From positions 11,741,901 through 11,805,900 of the forward strand of contig NC_057751.1 of assembly GCF_004010195.1 (NCBI RefSeq): a stretch of 64,000 bases of DNA, read 5' to 3'. Position 1 is the stretch's first letter; every line of letters begins with the position of its first letter. Position numbers and translations under genes: made by a program. Positions 36,456 to 49,200 of this stretch are shown in pieces. The notes under the pieces are model-generated. The model was not told the DNA's origin. It saw only the letters and a program-made list of their open reading frames with translations, and searched no databases. This DNA comes from Chiloscyllium plagiosum. Taxonomy: Eukaryota.

Positions 36456-36868
36456 CTAAGACAAGCAAGTTGGTGCAATACAGTCAGTAGTCAGCATACA
36501 CTTACAATGCAGTAACAGTGATGGAGGAGATAGATATTGAATTTAATGGAAAGTTTGCTGATCAAGTGTTGAATGATGTTAGAAGCTTCTTCTGTTTGGT
36601 TGTCAACTTTCCCATTCACAGGAGTCATGAATATTGCAAGAACTCATTCTTGACTGAAACACTTCCATCAATGGGCGCAATTATGAGGAGAATGATTTTC
36701 AAATTGTGTATATTACACGTATGCAGACACTGTACTTACAGGTTAAATTGTATCAAAGATTAGAATTCAACCAAACTGTGGAGTAATGCAAATACTTTTA
36801 CAGCTTGTTGCTTGCCATTCTTTGAGCACACTCCCCCAGTGATATCATAAACTCATAATCGAGCTTAT

Positions 36869-37084
36869 CGTAACAGTTCCACAGAGGATGGTATCATGAT
36901 ACCAAGTCACCCTTTATTTACATGTGAATAGTACTTGACAGTGGCCCAGCTTTCTCAAAGCCAACCTTTGGTGGGAACAGAACCTCTGACACTCGTGTTT
37001 ATATCTGACAGCCAGGTTAATAGCCCCAATCAGGGAACCCACTTCTCTGAGGTGCACCTGCCTAATCTTGTTTCAATCACGACA
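36869..37084 (-). repeat. 3' LTR of Gypsy element
   Basis: Shares CACCCTTTATTTACATGTG, GAACAGAACCTCTGACAC and AATCAGGGAAC with 40511-40862. Abuts the PPT. Confidence 0.85.
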
Positions 37085-39397
37085 TCTTTCCCCCTCTAAG
37101 TCCGGGGATGTAGGCCTGTTCTTGTAGCCTCTTCTAGGACATTTTTGCGCTGGGTCCGGGTCCTCTGACTCAGCCTCAGATACGGACGAGCGTACTGGAC
37201 TATCACCCACTTCTTGTGCCCTGAGCATCTCTGAAGAAGTTCATCCTGTTCTTCAGGTGTTAAAGGCGTCAAAGCTGCAACATCCACATTGTTCATCTCA
37301 GACTCTGAGGTTTCTTCAGTGTTGGATGGAGGGGGAGAACCTATGGGTTCCAACAGTCTTTCTGGCTTTTCTGTGGGGCCGGTTATGCTTTGCTCCTAAC
37401 CTGTTTGTAAGTTTGTAGCTTTCATCTGGCCCATGTGCTTGTTCAGGACTGCCCCACCTACCTTAACTTGGTACATCATCGGACCTGACCTTGCATTGAC
37501 CATGCCTCTTACCAATGCAGGACCATTTCTGGGTTTCAGCACCAAACTTTATCCCTTAAATAAACTGTCTCTTTTGCTGAGAGGAGTCTTCTGCCTGGCA
37601 ATGACATTCCTGATGCCATTTCACCCTCATTCCCAGGTCTGGGAAAATCAGATTTAACCTGGTGTGGAGTCTTCTCCCCATCAGCAACTCTGCTGGAGCT
37701 ATCCCTGAGGATTGTTCCCATAATGAAACAGGAACTGGGACAGTTTGGTATTGAGTGAAGCTGAAGGCTGTTTCTTTACGCCTTGAGAGTTTGAACTGTC
37801 CTTTCCCACCAGACATTGCACAATGAATGGAATGTAGCTGTCTGTATATTCTGTTTGCCATTCGACTTTAGGAAATACTTAAATTTCCTGCTGATAAATG
37901 ACGGCCAATTGCCTGTGACCAACACTTCCAGGAGCCTGTGCATTGCAAAAGTTGATTGGAGCTTTTCTATTGTCATCCCAGTGTTTGATGAGTGAACTCT
38001 ATACACGTCTAACCACTTTGAATGGGCAGCCACAATGACGTGAATGTTGAACCCACGAAACAGCTGAGTAGTCGATGTGTAACTGAGTTCAGGGTTGACC
38101 AGGCCATTCCCACAAATTTATGCCTATAAAGGTGTTTGTGGAACTTTCTCACACCAAAGATGACCGCCAGACTTGCCTTCTCTATCTGGGCACATTTTTG
38201 CTCTGCATTAGCCAAAGTCCAGGAATCATATGCTATTGGGTGTTCCTTTCCATTCGGCCATCTGTGAGCCAATATTACCTCAATATCATACAGACAGGCA
38301 TCACATGTCAGCACCAGATCTCACTTGGGACCATAGAGTGCCAACATCTTAGACAATGGTAACTGCTTCTTCACTTCCCTAAAGACTACTTCTTGCTATG
38401 AGACTATTTCCAAGGCTGACTCTTTCTCAATAGCAGATATAAGGATGCCAGGACGAAGACTGGATTACATACGAACTTTCCGTAATAATTCACCAATCAA
38501 AGGAAAGACGTCAGGTCTGGTACAAATGTGGAGCCAGTGCACCTTTGATTACCCTCACTCTATTTTGCAATGAGTGTAACATGGTCTTGTCAATTCTGTG
38601 GCCCAAGTAGGTCCACTTAGGGTGCCTTGTGCACACATTTCTCCCTTCTAAGGTGTACACGTGCCTTGGAGAAACATCTAAGGATAATGTCCAAGTTCTC
38701 TAAGTGCTCTTTATTGGACTTCCTTGTTATTAGCATGTCACCCAGATAAATGGCAACCTGAGGTAGACCTTGTAAAATGTTCTCAATCATCCGCTGAATA
38801 GTAGCACAGACAGATGAAACCCCAAATGACCGTCTCATGTATTGGTACAAACCTTTACGGGCATACCTCTGGGAATCCTTATCTGACCGCAATTCGTGAA
38901 GTATGGCCCTTAGCCACCAGCTTTGTGTATTCGTCCTCTATGTGAAGGATTGGGTATTTATCTAACTGCAAGAAGTGGTTTACCATTTGTTTAAAATCCC
39001 CACAAATGCAAACTGACCCGTTGGACTTCACAATTGGTACGAATTGGACTGGTTTGATTGATTCATTCGCTTTTCAGCCTCCTGATTGCTGACTCCACTT
39101 TTGCACATAACACAACCGGGTGGGCCTTGCAGAATCGTGCAATTGCTTCCTGATCAAATTGTAAGGTGGCCTTGGCTCCTCTGGAAGTCTCTAGACTTTG
39201 CTGAAAAATTTCTAGGTGTTTAACTGGACTTCACTCTTACAGCCATTTTCTCATCAAAAAGTATTGAGCCAATCAAGGTGAATCTTTCTCAAACAATTTC
39301 ACCCCATCAGGCTTGGGCCCAAGCCTTTTACTTCAATCAGAGGTAACTGAACCAGTTACTTCTCATAGAAGATCAGAACTGAAGTTGTCCCCTACAT

Positions 39398-39694
39398 GTG
39401 GCATGGTGGCTCAGTGGTTAGCACTGCTGCCTCACAAGACCAGGGTCCCAGGTTCAATTCCAGCCTTGGGCAACTGTCTGTGTGGAGTTTGCACATTTTC
39501 CCCCTGTCTGCGTGGATATCCTCTGGGTGCTCCATTTTCCTCCCACAGTCCAAAGATGTGCAGGTCAGGTGAATTGGCCATGCTAAATTGCCCATAGTGT
39601 TAGGTGCATTAGTCAGAGAGGAAATGGGTCTGGGTCGGTGTGGACTGGTTGGGCTAAATGGCCTGTTTCCACACTGTAGGGAATCTCATCTAAT
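39398..39694 (+). mobile_element. HE1-like SINE nested in Gypsy
   Basis: TGGCTCAGTGGTTAGCACTG A-box, GGTTCAATTCC B-box and conserved body. Confidence 0.9.
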
Positions 39695-39881
39695 CTGTAA
39701 GTCTTCCCCGTTATCAGATTTCAGTCCAGCCAAAGTCTTACACAAACATCAGAGTTAGATTCCACGTGAATTTTGTTAAAAACTGGTTCTTCAATCACTG
39801 ATGCAGCTCATTGGTATCAACTTCCATTAGAGCTTGGTGATCAGTTCACCAGAAGTTTATTTTTATTGGTTCTGGGAAGAT

Positions 39882-39967
39882 GTTGAGAAGGATTATACCT
39901 GAAACATTAACTTCTCCACCTCCTGGTGATGCCTGGCTTGTGTTCTTCCAGCCTCCTGCTTGTCTAC
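39882..39967 (+). mobile_element. Penelope-like terminal fragment nested in Gypsy
   Basis: GAAGGATTATACCTGAAAC...TTCTTCCAGCCTCCTGCTTGTCTA matches 17990-18056. Confidence 0.7.
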
Positions 39968-40238
39968 CAAGTAATTTAACTGTTCCAAGGCAGAGGTAGC
40001 TAGACTTTCCAGAGTATGCACTCTTCTGGATACTGGCCTATGAGTTGACTCACTCAATTCAGGCCTAGTGGGACTCCTTTGCTGTCTCAGGTCTGCATAC
40101 CAGCAGCAACTACAATGGCTTGCAGGCCTGCAGCTTGAAGAAAATGTTAACTGTCTGGCCAAGGCTTGGCTTTGATTTTTGGTTTTCCTGTGGGCTGATG
40201 TAGAATATCTCTGTTCAGTACATGTCTTGAGTGAAGCT

Positions 40239-40386
40239 ATGGAATTACCTTCACCCAAATGATGTCCCTGCAAGCTCACTCGGTCTGGCCACTTTCATCA
40301 GCATACCCTGTAATGGAATTACCTTCACCCAAATGATGTCCCTGCAAGCTCACTCGGCCTGGCCACTTTCATCAGCATACCCTGTA
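40239..40386. repeat. 74-bp x2 tandem duplication
   Basis: Units 40239-40312 and 40313-40386 differ at one base. Confidence 0.95.
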
Positions 40387-40510
40387 ACTCATATGATACA
40401 CTTGCTGCATTTTCTAATGAGAAAGTCAGATGTAATGCTTATTTGAAGTCCAGTTGGGCTTCAGCAAATAGGCACTTTTGTCTGGTTATATAATTAATCG
40501 CACTCAGCAA

Positions 40511-40862
40511 TGTAATAACACCGCAGAGGCTGGTATCCTGTCACCAAGCCATCCTTGATATACATGTGCATAGTATTTGATGCTAGTCCAGTTTCATGAG
40601 AGCCAGCTCAGAGTGAACAGAACCTCTGACACACCTGTTTTTTTTTAAATTATTTTTTCTTCTCATCACAATTCACCCTTTATTTACATGTGCGACACTG
40701 ATCCAGCTCCCTCAGAGCCAGCTCTCAGAGTGAACAGAATCTCTGACACTCCTGTTTATATCTGTCAGCCAATGCTCCATGATTGGACCAGGTTAAAAAG
40801 CCCTAATCAGGGAACTCAGATTCTATAAGGTCCATCTGGCTGACCTTGTTACATTCACTACA
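40511..40862 (-). repeat. 5' LTR of Gypsy element with internal duplication
   Basis: TG...CA termini. The TACATGTG...AGAGTGAACAGAA.CTCTGACAC.CCTGTTT block is present twice. Confidence 0.85.
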
Positions 40863-41054
40863 CTTATGGTGCAGTGAAGACCATTTAAACCAAAAGATCA
40901 GCCGTTTCTGTGGAGCAAAACTCTGTGAGGAATCAAAGTGTAAGGAAATGAAGCAAAATTGAAAGATAAGTGGCAGCAACCTGAAGTGTAATTGGTCATT
41001 GAAATCTACTGTGAAATGACAAATAATTAAATCATTTTTTAAAAAAAATATGTT

Positions 41055-41370
41055 AAACTGGTGAGTCTGATGTCAGTGTGGGTAAGTTGTTGGAGGGGAT
41101 TCTGAGAGACAGTATTTACATTCATTTGGAGAGGCAAGGACTGATTAGGGATAGTCAGCATTACTTTGTGCATAAGAAATCATGTCTCACAAACTTGATT
41201 GATTTTGATTTGAGGATGTGATCAAGAAGATAGATGGTGGCGGAGCAGTAAGCATTGTCTACATGGACTTTTGTAAGGCTTTTGACAAGGTTTTGCATGG
41301 TGGACTGGTTAGTCAAGTCAGATCGCATGGATTTAGGGAGAGCTTGCCATTGGATGCAAAATTGCATCCA
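41055..41370 (+). mobile_element. CR1 RT fragment
   Basis: VYMDFCKAFDKVLHG motif. Confidence 0.8.
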
Positions 41371-42959
41371 ATTTTGGAAACCCACACAGACATGGGGAGA
41401 ACGTGCTAACTCCAGTCAACCAAGGGTGGAATTAAACCCATGCTGAGCCACTTTGTCACCTACCACTGTTATAATCAGCATTATAATACATGGAGAGTGT
41501 GCTGATGATTTGGGAAATGCATTGTAGAAGATTAGAAGAAATATTGTCATTTACAGCTAACTGCTGAGCCTCATCTAAATTTAACTTTTAATCCAGCTTG
41601 CTGGCTCTGATTGGTCCTGACATTTCTCTGAAACATCAGTTAGGGCGTGGATACCGGGCACAGTATTCTTTCAGTCGGCAAAACAATACCCTCTGTATTA
41701 GTATGTGTCATTTTCAGTACATTCATGTGCACCATATTATCAGTCTAATGAAGAATTATAAATTTATTGACAACACAATTCTTTGCACATTCAGGACTAT
41801 CTCGTCAAGTGCAGAATCGCATCGAAAATTGGACGCATTCAAAGAGCTCTGTCTTTAAATTCAAAATTAATTTAATTTCATACACTATATTTTGCCATAT
41901 CCACTTTTTGGCCATCTTTTATTGGTTTATAAAACACTCCTGATCCTCAAGCTCATGTTTATTCTTTGAAGTATTTTGAATCTTTATTTTTAATCCAACA
42001 CGGTCGTTAACTTCCCTGGAAAATCTAGAATGGATATTTTTTGCTGCGTTTTTGTTTTCTCATGGAATGCATTTCTGTTCTTGAATTGTTTATTTGCCAC
42101 CATACCTTTTCATCTATTTTCCCAATCAACATTTGCCAGTTCTCCCCTCACTCCAATCTAATTCACTTTGACTTGTTTTATGTTTCCAATCTGAAACTGG
42201 AATATGTAATTGTACAACTTTCTCCACTGTGACTTTACAATGAGATTACAAATTGACCCTGCCTTTCTGCATAATGTGAGATCTCAATTAATAGTAGTCA
42301 ACAGGCCTACTTAGCATTGAAATGGCAGCTGAATTACAAAGATCCATTACTTGAAAGGCTGTGAAGCTCTTGAAGAGGAAGTAACTGCCAAAGGACAGGA
42401 GAGCTAAACAATTCCATCTCTTCAGGCTGCTTTGATATCTTTCAACTCAACTTTTCCCATCATCTCCTCAAATCTCATCATTCCCGTTGTGGCCAAAAAA
42501 CTGTCAATCTCTGTCTTCAATGGGCTCAATAAGTGAGCAACCACAACTCTCTGCGGTCAGGACCAGGGATGATATTACAACTATTGGAGTGCTTTATTTC
42601 TATTTTATAGGTTTGATTGTAACAAACATTCGTACTTTGGAATAACAAGAAGAAAAAGTCCCTTTGTTGTCCTCAAGATGCTCCAAAGTGCTTCACAAGG
42701 AGCAAGTTAATTTTCATTCTTTGTTAGAATCCCATAAAGATCAAATGAGATATATTCTGATTTTGGCAACACTGGAAGAAGCTAGAATTTTGATCAGGGC
42801 ACCAAAAGAACTTGCCACTTCAAAATACTGTCAGTGATTTTTTTGCAGCTCCTCAATTGGGTTTTCAGCCAAAAAGTGGCATCCCTGGCATGCAGCACTC
42901 TCTTAATCTGCAACAAAATGTCAGGCTAAGTGATTGGTTTCAGTCCTGGGGCCAAGCCT

Positions 42960-44060
42960 GTTTTACCACTCAATGACATAATCGCTGATCTGTGGCCTAA
43001 CTTCATATACTTGCCTTTGGCCCATATCCCTTGATACATTTGTTTAAAACCATAAGATATAGGAGCAGCATTAGGCCATTTGGCCCATTGAGTTTTCTCT
43101 ACCATTCAATAATGGCTGAAATGTTTCTCAACTCCATTCTCCTGCCTTCACCTAACTACCTTTGATTTCCTTATGAATGAAGCACCTATCTATCTCTGTC
43201 TTAAATATATGAAATGACTTGTCCTCCACAACATCCTGTGGCAATGAGTTACGCAGATTCACAAAAATTTCTCTTCATCTCAGTTCCTGCCTCAAGTAAC
43301 TGTCTGTGTCAAGTGTGCACACTCTCCCTGTGTCTGCGTGGGTTTCCTCCAGGTGTTCTGGTTTCCTCCCACAAACCAAAGATGTGCAGGTTAGGTGAAT
43401 TGGCCATGCTAAATTGCCCATAGTGTTCAGGGATGTTAAGGTTAGGCACATTAGTCAGGGGTAAATGAAGAGTTGTAGGGGAATGGGTCTGGTTTGGTTG
43501 CTCTTCAGAGGATTGGTGTGGACTTGTTGGGCTGAAGGGTCTGTTTCCACACTGTAGGAATTCTATATCTATTCCATATTTATATAAAATGGCTTGTTTC
43601 CACATTGTAGCGATTCTATGATTCCGAAGAGTCTCTTTCACTTGAGGCTGTGTTCTCAGGTCTTGGTCTTTCCTTCTCGTGATGACATCTTCTCCATGTC
43701 CATTCTATCCAGGCCTCTCAGCATTCTGTAACTTTCAATTCCCCCTCATCCTTCTAAACTCCATCCAGTACAGACCCAGAGTCCTCAGCTGCTCCTCATA
43801 CTACAAGCCCTTTATCCCTGGGGTCATTCTTATAAAAAAAAGCAAAAAAACATATCTATCTCAGATTTAAATTTAATGACTGATCCAGCATATACTGCCA
43901 TTTGTGGAAGAGAGTTCCAAACATCAACCATCCTTCGTGTGTAGAAGTGCTTTTGAACATCTCTCCTGAATGGTCTGGACTAATTGTGAGACTATGCCCC
44001 TATTTCTAGAATCTCCAAACAGTGGGAATAGTTTATCTTAAGCTACCCTGCCTTTTTTTT
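42960..44060 (-). mobile_element. Nested CR1 3' fragments with an HE1-like SINE (+, ~43283-43570)
   Basis: Tail CCATAAGATATAGGAGCAG, SINE body, and continuation of CR1 sequence after the SINE. Confidence 0.7.
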
Positions 44061-44099
44061 CCCTGTTCAAAATTTTGTTTCAGAGCTGAAAGGGCCACC

Positions 44100-44450
44100 G
44101 ACTGAACTTTTTTCCTGGAAAGCTGATCCACAAGATGTGTTGTCTCCCTGCCTGCTGTTTAGGAGATATGCCATTCACAAGGAACATGCTGGGTGATCGC
44201 CTTGCTGCTGGCTGTACAGCTCACAAGCAGATAACAAGCACTACAGCTCTCAAATCCGTCCTGGGTCCGAATTGATCTTAAACGTGTTGCGTGAAAGAGT
44301 TAAAGCTTTCCGCGAAGAAGGAGCTTAGTTGGAAGCATCCAATCGGCTGGGTGTGGGGAATTTTGGCACAGATTTTATTGGCTCTGCAGCTTGCCTTCCT
44401 TTCTCACAGCAACAGACGACAGCTACAAGTGAGCAGAGGAACCTGACAAG
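44100..44450 (+). promoter_or_regulatory. Putative HTRA4 promoter
   Basis: Unique sequence with rising CpG upstream of exon 1. CCAAT 44339-44343, ATTGG 44377-44381, GGGTGTGGG (CACCC box) 44349-44357, TTCCTGGAA (GAS) 44112-44120. Confidence 0.45.
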
Positions 44451-44679
44451 TGCGAGGTCTGAGTGACCACACTATTGCCTCTGGAGGATTCGATTTCTTA
44501 AGTTCAGTGCTCATTTCAGTACATTCCTGCAAAGGTGGTAGAGAAGCTGCTGGGGGCCAAACTGCGCTTCATTTCTGCTGCAAGCTTTATCCTTCCGTGG
44601 GAGTAGCAGACGCAACAGCCTTGCTACATTTTCCTCCTGGATTTGACTTTGTGTTGTTCTTTTGAGGCCACTTTTCGCC

Positions 44680-45150
44680 AGTTTCTTCCCCCCGCCCTTG
44701 TTGACCGTGGATCATGCTGGGCACCGTGCTGCTGCTCAGTTTCTGTGTGATGGCGGTGAACGGGAGAGTGATGAGACACGCCTGCCCCCAGGTCTGTGAC
44801 CGATCCCGGTGCGCCCCAGCGCCGGTGAACTGCTCCGAGGGCCAGGTGAAGGACTCGTGCGACTGCTGCACCGTCTGCGCCGCGGCCGAGGGCGAAAGCT
44901 GCGGGGGGCGGGAGGACGTGCACGGTGTCTGTGCGGAAGGCTTCCAGTGCATCTACTCGGCTGGCAAGCGCAAGAAGGGCACCTGCGGCTGCCCGCACAA
45001 CGATGAGGTGTGCGGCAGTGACGGCCAGACTTACAGCAACATCTGCCGCCTGAAGGCTCTGAGCCGCCAGCACCAGTCCTCCAACGCGCTTCCTGTCATT
45101 CTGATCCAGAAGGGAGCCTGCGATGCAGGTATGTATGAACACCGGCTTCT
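44680..45150. promoter_or_regulatory. CpG island over HTRA4 exon 1
   Basis: High GC and abundant CpG compared with the CpG-depleted background. Confidence 0.75.
44714..45128 (+). CDS. HTRA4: HtrA serine peptidase exon 1 (signal peptide, IGFBP, Kazal)
   Basis: MLGTVLLLSFCVMAVNG, CPQVCDRSRC..DSCDCCTVC..EGESCGG and VCGSDGQTYSNICRL..IQKGAC. Donor G|GTATGT, phase 1. Confidence 0.9.
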
Positions 45151-46177
45151 GTCAGTATGAGTGGTCATCCAGGGGCTTAGGATCATGCTCTGGGGTGTGA
45201 ATTCACCGAACACTTGATTAACTAATATCAATCATCCGAAAACCCCATCCCGTTCACTCATTGCACTTGGGGACTGAAATCTGCATATCTCACCTGGTCT
45301 GCTCCCCATGTGATTCCAGGTCGATCCCACAGCAACGTGACTGGCGTCTCTTCACTCATTCACGGGATTGCGGGGGGGTCATTGGCCAGGTCAACACTCA
45401 TTGCTTTTCCCTAATTGTCCTTGAGAAAGTGGCGGTGACGAGTTGCTTTCTTGAACCGCCGCCTTGTGGTGTCAGACCACTGCTTTGTTTGGAAGGGAGT
45501 TCCACAATTTTGACCCAGCCACACACAAAGGAAGCCGTTTATATTTACAACTCAACGATCTTCTGATATGGCATCAGTTCAAGGGCAATTAAGGGTGGGA
45601 AACAATTGCTAGCCTTGCAGCATTGCTTACACAATAAAATAACTTTTTGAAGTGCTTTCAGTCAAAAACTAACCTTTATTAACTGAACTATTGTCCTTTC
45701 AATTCTAAATTGTATATCGTCTTGTCAACCTAACCTTGTGCCCTTCTTCCTCAACATCACCTCATTGTTATCACACATCTCTGAATCAGATGGGACTATG
45801 AACTCAGGCCTCCTTGTCCTGAGGTTTTGACACTGTCACTGCACCTGGAGGGCCCCACATATTTGTTTGCACAGTTACCTATGAGACCTTTTTCATTCAA
45901 TATTCACGCAAACTTGCTCCTTCAGACTTCACTTTGTCATTTTGCCAGTTGGTACCATCTTTCAATCAAGAAGGAAGGTCACATTTACATTTTACAATCA
46001 AGTGCAAGCACCTCTTACCAAGCATCAAAAAAGCTTTTCATCATTAACACCTCACTGACACAACTGTTAAGAGTACACAAATTTTATCAGTGCAAACAAA
46101 ACTTATCAATCGGTTAGCTGAAATTATAATTCTTAAATATCTCTTAAATGAACAATGGTTATTTGCCTCATAAAAAT

Positions 46178-46293
46178 GTCCTAATGAAGAGCTTATGCTT
46201 GAAACATCGAATCTCTTGCTCCTCGGATGCTGCCTGACCAGCTGTACTTTTCCAGCACCACAATTTTCGACAGCATCTGCAGTCCTCACCTTT
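46178..46293 (+). mobile_element. Penelope-like solo terminal repeat with degenerate hammerhead
   Basis: CTAATGA-A-GAGC-TTAT-GCTT-GAAA-CATC. TSD TCATAAAAAT (46168-46177 / 46294-46303). Confidence 0.8.
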
Positions 46294-49200
46294 TCATAAA
46301 AATTTCCACAGAATACATGGATTTTGTGAAAGATGGTGGGACAGAAGTTTTGAAAACAAATTTGTCTGACCAAGCTTTCCAAGGGCTGGTCACTTCCACT
46401 TCAGCAGAAATGGAAAAAAAAGCTTTTGATGGTCGGGCATTCAGGATGGCCTTTGATCAAATCCAAATATTCAACCAAGTAAACTGATACAGCAATACTA
46501 TTCAAGAAGTTATCTGTAAAGGAACTTGTATCAGGCATGGTAAATGTTGCTGCTCTTAAGGATGAGCACAAAAATAAGGCAAGACCACAGTTGTAAAGGT
46601 GTGGTGAAGGAATTAACAATTGTGAAAGCAAATCATAATTGAAAGGAATATGTACATTGTAATTTAGGTGCCATGATGAGAATTCAAGTATTATGCAGGA
46701 AGGAACTTGCCAGACCTTCACCACCAAGTCATTGAAAGGGAAACTTGTGCACACTTTCAGAACACAACTTGGAACAAATGATATACACGACTGGCCTTCA
46801 GAAAAGTCAGTCATATTAAGAATGCATTTTGTCATTTTTACCCCTAACTTCCCTGATAATCTTCATCAAGATAATGATCCATTCGCCAGCAATAATTGGA
46901 AGTTGTCCTTTTGACACTGACTGAAAAATGCTTCAGAAAAGCCAGAATCCACAGAATAGTCTGAGTTTTTACATGAACATGAAGGAAAAGTCACAAAAGT
47001 GCCAGTATTTTATGTTTCAAAGTGGCACTTGCAAAAAGTACTTTGGCTGGGGATCCAGTAGTTGTACCATCACTTAAAGTTGGTCAAAAATAGATTGTGA
47101 ATACCACTGTAGTGTTAAGTCAGAATGTTATAATGGAACATGATTGTTCCCAAGTAAGTTTATACTCATCAGACAGTTGTGCTATTCTGAGAATGTTGAA
47201 AGGAGATTCAAATGTTCGAAATCATGAAGGGGCAGGACTGGGAGGAAGAGAAACTGTTTCACAGATACAAAGTCAAGAAACAGAGGATGCAATTTAAACT
47301 TTTTGGCAAATGGAAACATGAAAGTTTTTTTTTGTTTTGCTACTAGTTACTATTTCAAATAATGTTCGTTTAGCTAGCTAAATTGGTTGGACAGCTGGTT
47401 TGCAATCCAGAGTAACGCAACAATGTGGGTTCAATTTCTGTGCCAGCTAAGGTTACCATGAAAGATTTTCTTTGCAATCTCTTCCCCTGCCTGAGGCATG
47501 GTGACATTGGGGTTAAACCAGTTGTCTTTTTCCAATGGGAGAGCTATCCCATGGTCTGATAAGATTTTGGCAAATTTACCATTATCATTTTGAATGCACT
47601 GCCTGAAAACTGATGGAGACTGATTCATTTGCTCTTTCTAAAGGGGAATAGAAGAAGCATCTGAAAGAAAGTTTGAAGGCTCTGGGGGTGGGGGAAGGGA
47701 GGGGGAGCAGTGAGATTAGCTAAACTTTCTCAGGTAGAGAGCTGGCCCAGGCCCAATTGGCTGAATAGACTCCTTTCATGTTGTAACCGTTTCTAATCAA
47801 ACGATTCTTCTCAGCAAGGTCAGCATTTCTAGCAACTGAGTTTCCAAAATGCAGCACGTCTAGTTTATAACAACCATGAAAGTGATCTTGCAGTCATCTG
47901 GTGTCAACACTGTAATGTGATTCCCAGATATATTTTTGGATCTTTTGTCAGCAGTTTTCACAACAAATTGTTTCTTCTGAGAATCAGCTGGGTCACAGTT
48001 TGACCATTGAGTGAACAAGGTCTTGTTCTGCAACCTTTATTAGGCTGGTTGAAAGTAGCAGCTAAATGCACAAGATTCAATGTTAAGTTTTCACCTTCCT
48101 CGAAAGCCAATGCTGCAAACTAACTCTGAAGACTTATGCCAATGTAAATTTGTTGAGAAAGACACAAGAAATAAAGGACAATTTATCGACAATGAAGCTG
48201 TTTCCTATTGGTGTCATGAGGCTGTGGTGCAGTGGGGAGTCCCTGTGCCTCTGAGTCAGGTGGTTTAGAATTACAGTCCCACTGGCATGAGCACATGATG
48301 CAGGCTGACATTGCAGTGTGGCAGTCAGGAAGCACTGAATTTTTGAAGAGGTTGTTACTTTTTCAGATGGATCCATTTCATTATTTTAGGAACGCAGAAC
48401 CTACTGGTGTTCTGCAAAGATTTATTCCTCATTCAAGACCAATTAAACAGATCATTACTGCATTGCTGTTTCTGGAATGTGACGGAGAGAGAAGATTTGC
48501 TTTTATAAATACTGTTCACAATCCAATGTGTTGAATGGACAATTAAGAACTTTTGAAGTGTAGCCATTGGTGAAATGCTTGTCAACTGAGTCAGCAAAGT
48601 AAGCTTATTGGGTGTTAGTTGCAACAGAAGTTTCCATGGTATTATTTGCACACCGGTGCATGTTGAAACAATCAGATTTGGTCACTTGCCACTTGAAGCT
48701 CTGTGCAGAACCTATCCTGATGAACACAGACATTATTGCAGTGAAGACGTTGCCCCCTCGGCTCACTCCCAGCACTAGCATTCAGATCCAGCTGCTGTTA
48801 ACTGGATGAGTGTATTGAATGTTTCACAGAGGTGCAGCGTTGAGGAAATCAATGAGAGTCTATCAAGAGCCATGAATCTAGATCTCTTCGAATGGTAACA
48901 GGAGCTGGATTTTCCTCAAAAAAATAACATCGTCTTGCTGTATGAATGGCATCATCATGCCACAGCTATGTCTGAATTTCTGAGTAGTGAGAAATTATTG
49001 ATCAACAAGCTAGCTCCAGAGGAATTAACTCCATGCTACAGCTGCTATGATTGAGAAAGTTAAAACTATTAGATTGAGAAGGCTTGTTTGTTTATGAGAC
49101 AATTTTTTTTCAGTTTGTCCCTCATTTAAGAATAGATCTTGAAGCTTGAGCCTCTCAGGCTATGAGTTTTCTGTGAGCATACACTGTATTTATCAAGATA

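Larger units (their letters stand above)
36869..40862 (-). mobile_element. Ty3/Gypsy LTR retrotransposon, decayed but with both LTRs
   Basis: LTRs 36869-37084 and 40511-40862. TSD CTTAT on both sides. PPT (AGAGGGGGAAAGA on minus) at 37085-37097. RT (GLYQY..FGVSS..YLGDMLI), RNase H (LTCDA..PIAY..QIEK..LAVIFGVRKFH) and integrase (AHSKWLDV) remnants in Gypsy order. Confidence 0.92.

Noticed and set aside
40239..40386. CRISPR-like or other prokaryotic repeat system
   Set aside because: Simple tandem duplication without spacers in clearly vertebrate DNA. No prokaryotic genes seen.
10149..44713. An ARMS2-like gene between the PLEKHA and HTRA genes
   Set aside because: No supportable exons. ARMS2 belongs to the primate PLEKHA1-HTRA1 paralogous locus.
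44624..45142. 172-aa antisense ORF (and other overlapping ORFs) over HTRA4 exon 1
   Set aside because: Shadow ORFs expected from GC-rich coding sequence; no recognisable domain.
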